Shown piece by piece: positions 62,540 through 64,000 of a stretch of 64,000 nucleotides of DNA; position 1 is the stretch's first letter; each line of letters starts with the position of its first letter. The stretch is taken from NCBI GenBank assembly GCA_019057385.1, contig JAHQJS010000004.1:480001-544000 (forward strand), written 5' to 3'. The position numbers and the translations under genes were made by a program. This DNA comes from Candidatus Borrarchaeum weybense (GTDB lineage: Archaea > Asgardarchaeota > Sifarchaeia > Borrarchaeales > Borrarchaeaceae). Under the pieces are notes generated by a model, which saw only the letters and a list, made by a program, of their open reading frames with translations, did not search any database and was not told the DNA's origin.

Positions 62540-63625
62540 CTACACTTCGATGTAATTTAAAAGAGTGGTTTGTCTAGTGGTTTCATTCTTCTGCAAATTA
62601 GAAAAACGAATTCCGGTAAGACGGACTTTTCTTCTTTCATTCAAAAACTCCCTAAGAAGTCCAAAAGCGATCTCCATAGCCTGCTGTTCGTTTTGAATGG
62701 GATAAGGCACTGATTTGCTTCTCGTAAAGGTTTCAAATCCTTCAAATCGAATTGTGATTCCTACCGTTTTATAGAATATCTTATGCTCTCTTAAATATTC
62801 GTGAATTCTCGCCGACAGCGTTTCTAATGTTTTCAAAACATCTTTTATATCGGCGGTATCCTGATTAAACGTTCTTGACTTGCCAATAGATTTTCGTACA
62901 TAAAAATCGCCTACAGGATTATTGTTCATGCCATGAACTATTTCCCAGATCATTTTCCCATATTTACCGAATAATTCAAGCATTTTCGGTAAGGGTGTAT
63001 TTAAAAGATCTCCAATCGTGTATATTCCCTTCTCATTGTAGTATCTCTTAGTGTTTCTACCGACTCCCGGAATTTTAGTGATGTCCATGTCTTCTACGAA
63101 CGATTTCACATTTTCAGGTTCGATGATTGTAATTCCATTGGGTTTATTGTGCTCAGAAGCAATTTTTGCAAACGGTTTGGTAGGTGCGCATCCGACTGAG
63201 CAAGTTATATCTAGTGTATCATACACTTCTTGGCGTATCCGCTCGGCGATATTTCTGCTCTCATCATAATCCGCACATACACCTGTAAGATCTAGGTAAC
63301 CTTCATCAATCCCTGCTTCTTGACACACCGATGAATACTTCTGAATTATGCGGAAGAACTGTTCTGAAGCTTCAAGGTACTTATCGAAATTCGGTAACAC
63401 AAATACCGCATCAGGACATAATCTATACGCCTTAGATATCGGCATACCAGAGTGGATTCCATATTCTCGTGCCTCATAAGAACACGTAGAAACAACACCT
63501 CTTCCTTTTCCCCTTTTAGGATCCGCTCCTACAACTAATGGCAAGCCTTTATACAGTGGATTATCTCTCACTTCGATAGCGGCAAAAAAACAATCAAGGT
63601 CGACATGAAGAATAATACGCTTCAT
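62540..63625 (-). CDS. dinB: DNA polymerase IV (DinB)
   Basis: HVDLDCFFA, SYEAREYG, GIDEGYLD, AKIAS..KPNG, IPGVG. Confidence 0.96.
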   Translation of the reverse strand: MKRIILHVDLDCFFAAIEVRDNPLYKGLPLVVGADPKRGKGRGVVSTCSYEAREYGIHSGMPISKAYRLCPDAVFVLPNFDKYLEASEQFFRIIQKYSSVCQEAGIDEGYLDLTGVCADYDESRNIAERIRQEVYDTLDITCSVGCAPTKPFAKIASEHNKPNGITIIEPENVKSFVEDMDITKIPGVGRNTKRYYNEKGIYTIGDLLNTPLPKMLELFGKYGKMIWEIVHGMNNNPVGDFYVRKSIGKSRTFNQDTADIKDVLKTLETLSARIHEYLREHKIFYKTVGITIRFEGFETFTRSKSVPYPIQNEQQAMEIAFGLLREFLNERRKVRLTGIRFSNLQKNETTRQTTLLNYIEV

Positions 63626-63718
63626 TTTTTCCAAATATGAAGAGAATGAAGTAATCGAATATATAGATAGGGAGACTGGCATAGAAGTGATAAACCTAAC
63701 AGGATTCTTATCCCTATG

Positions 63719-64000
63719 TCAACTCTTTGCTTCTTTGATTATTTCCTCCACGTTTTCATAGGTTCTTTCAGGGACTAATTCTAAGTAATAACTCGCATGT
63801 ACTCTCTCTGTCTCCGATTTATCGATAACTTTCCAACCCTGTTCTTCTAAAAGCCCCTTTTTTGTTATAGGGAATTTTGTATCTTCCATCAACACTTCCC
63901 GCAAAGATTCAAGACCCAATTTCTTTGTGATTCTAGGAAAAGAACCAGATTTTAGAAAAACCTTTAACCGCGCCGCATCTTTATACATTCTGATCCCATG
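63719..64000 (-). CDS. C-terminal part of a gene running off the window (possibly archaeal DUF72 family)
   Basis: Open to the window edge; YKDAAR...GSFP...SLREVL.ED..FP. Confidence 0.5.
   Translation of the reverse strand, partial: HGIRMYKDAARLKVFLKSGSFPRITKKLGLESLREVLMEDTKFPITKKGLLEEQGWKVIDKSETERVHASYYLELVPERTYENVEEIIKEAKS

Overview
AT-rich archaeal chromosome segment, probably an Asgard-type archaeon. That assignment is inference from the mu-homology-domain-like proteins, the CCDC47-like protein, the Ard1-type N-acetyltransferase and an ARAMP-like module. Core genes include porGDAB, mutS-mutL, dinB, corA, two mscS, a glycerate kinase, a cofD-like gene, DUF362 proteins, a MoxR-vWA fusion, a site-2 protease and a lipid-linked glycosylation cluster. 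The most striking element is an array-less Cas7-like + Cas5-HD RAMP module (43222-45096, minus strand). Each of its two genes is followed immediately by a diverged copy of a ~170-nt structured non-coding sequence (43026-43198 and 44131-44302) whose stems show compensatory changes: a candidate guide/scaffold RNA for a CRISPR-less RAMP effector. The module lies in an accessory stretch that also holds an MHD-like/STAND-NTPase fusion and an ApeA-type HEPN protein. Other notable items: an intact-looking IsrB with its omegaRNA, an orphan IscB omegaRNA, several TnpB/IS605 end remnants (one inserted in frame at codon 3 of a wHTH gene), and a tandem pair of receptor-like membrane genes with a 100% identical 3' block but divergent ectodomains. 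All family calls come from motif recognition by eye; no database searches were run.
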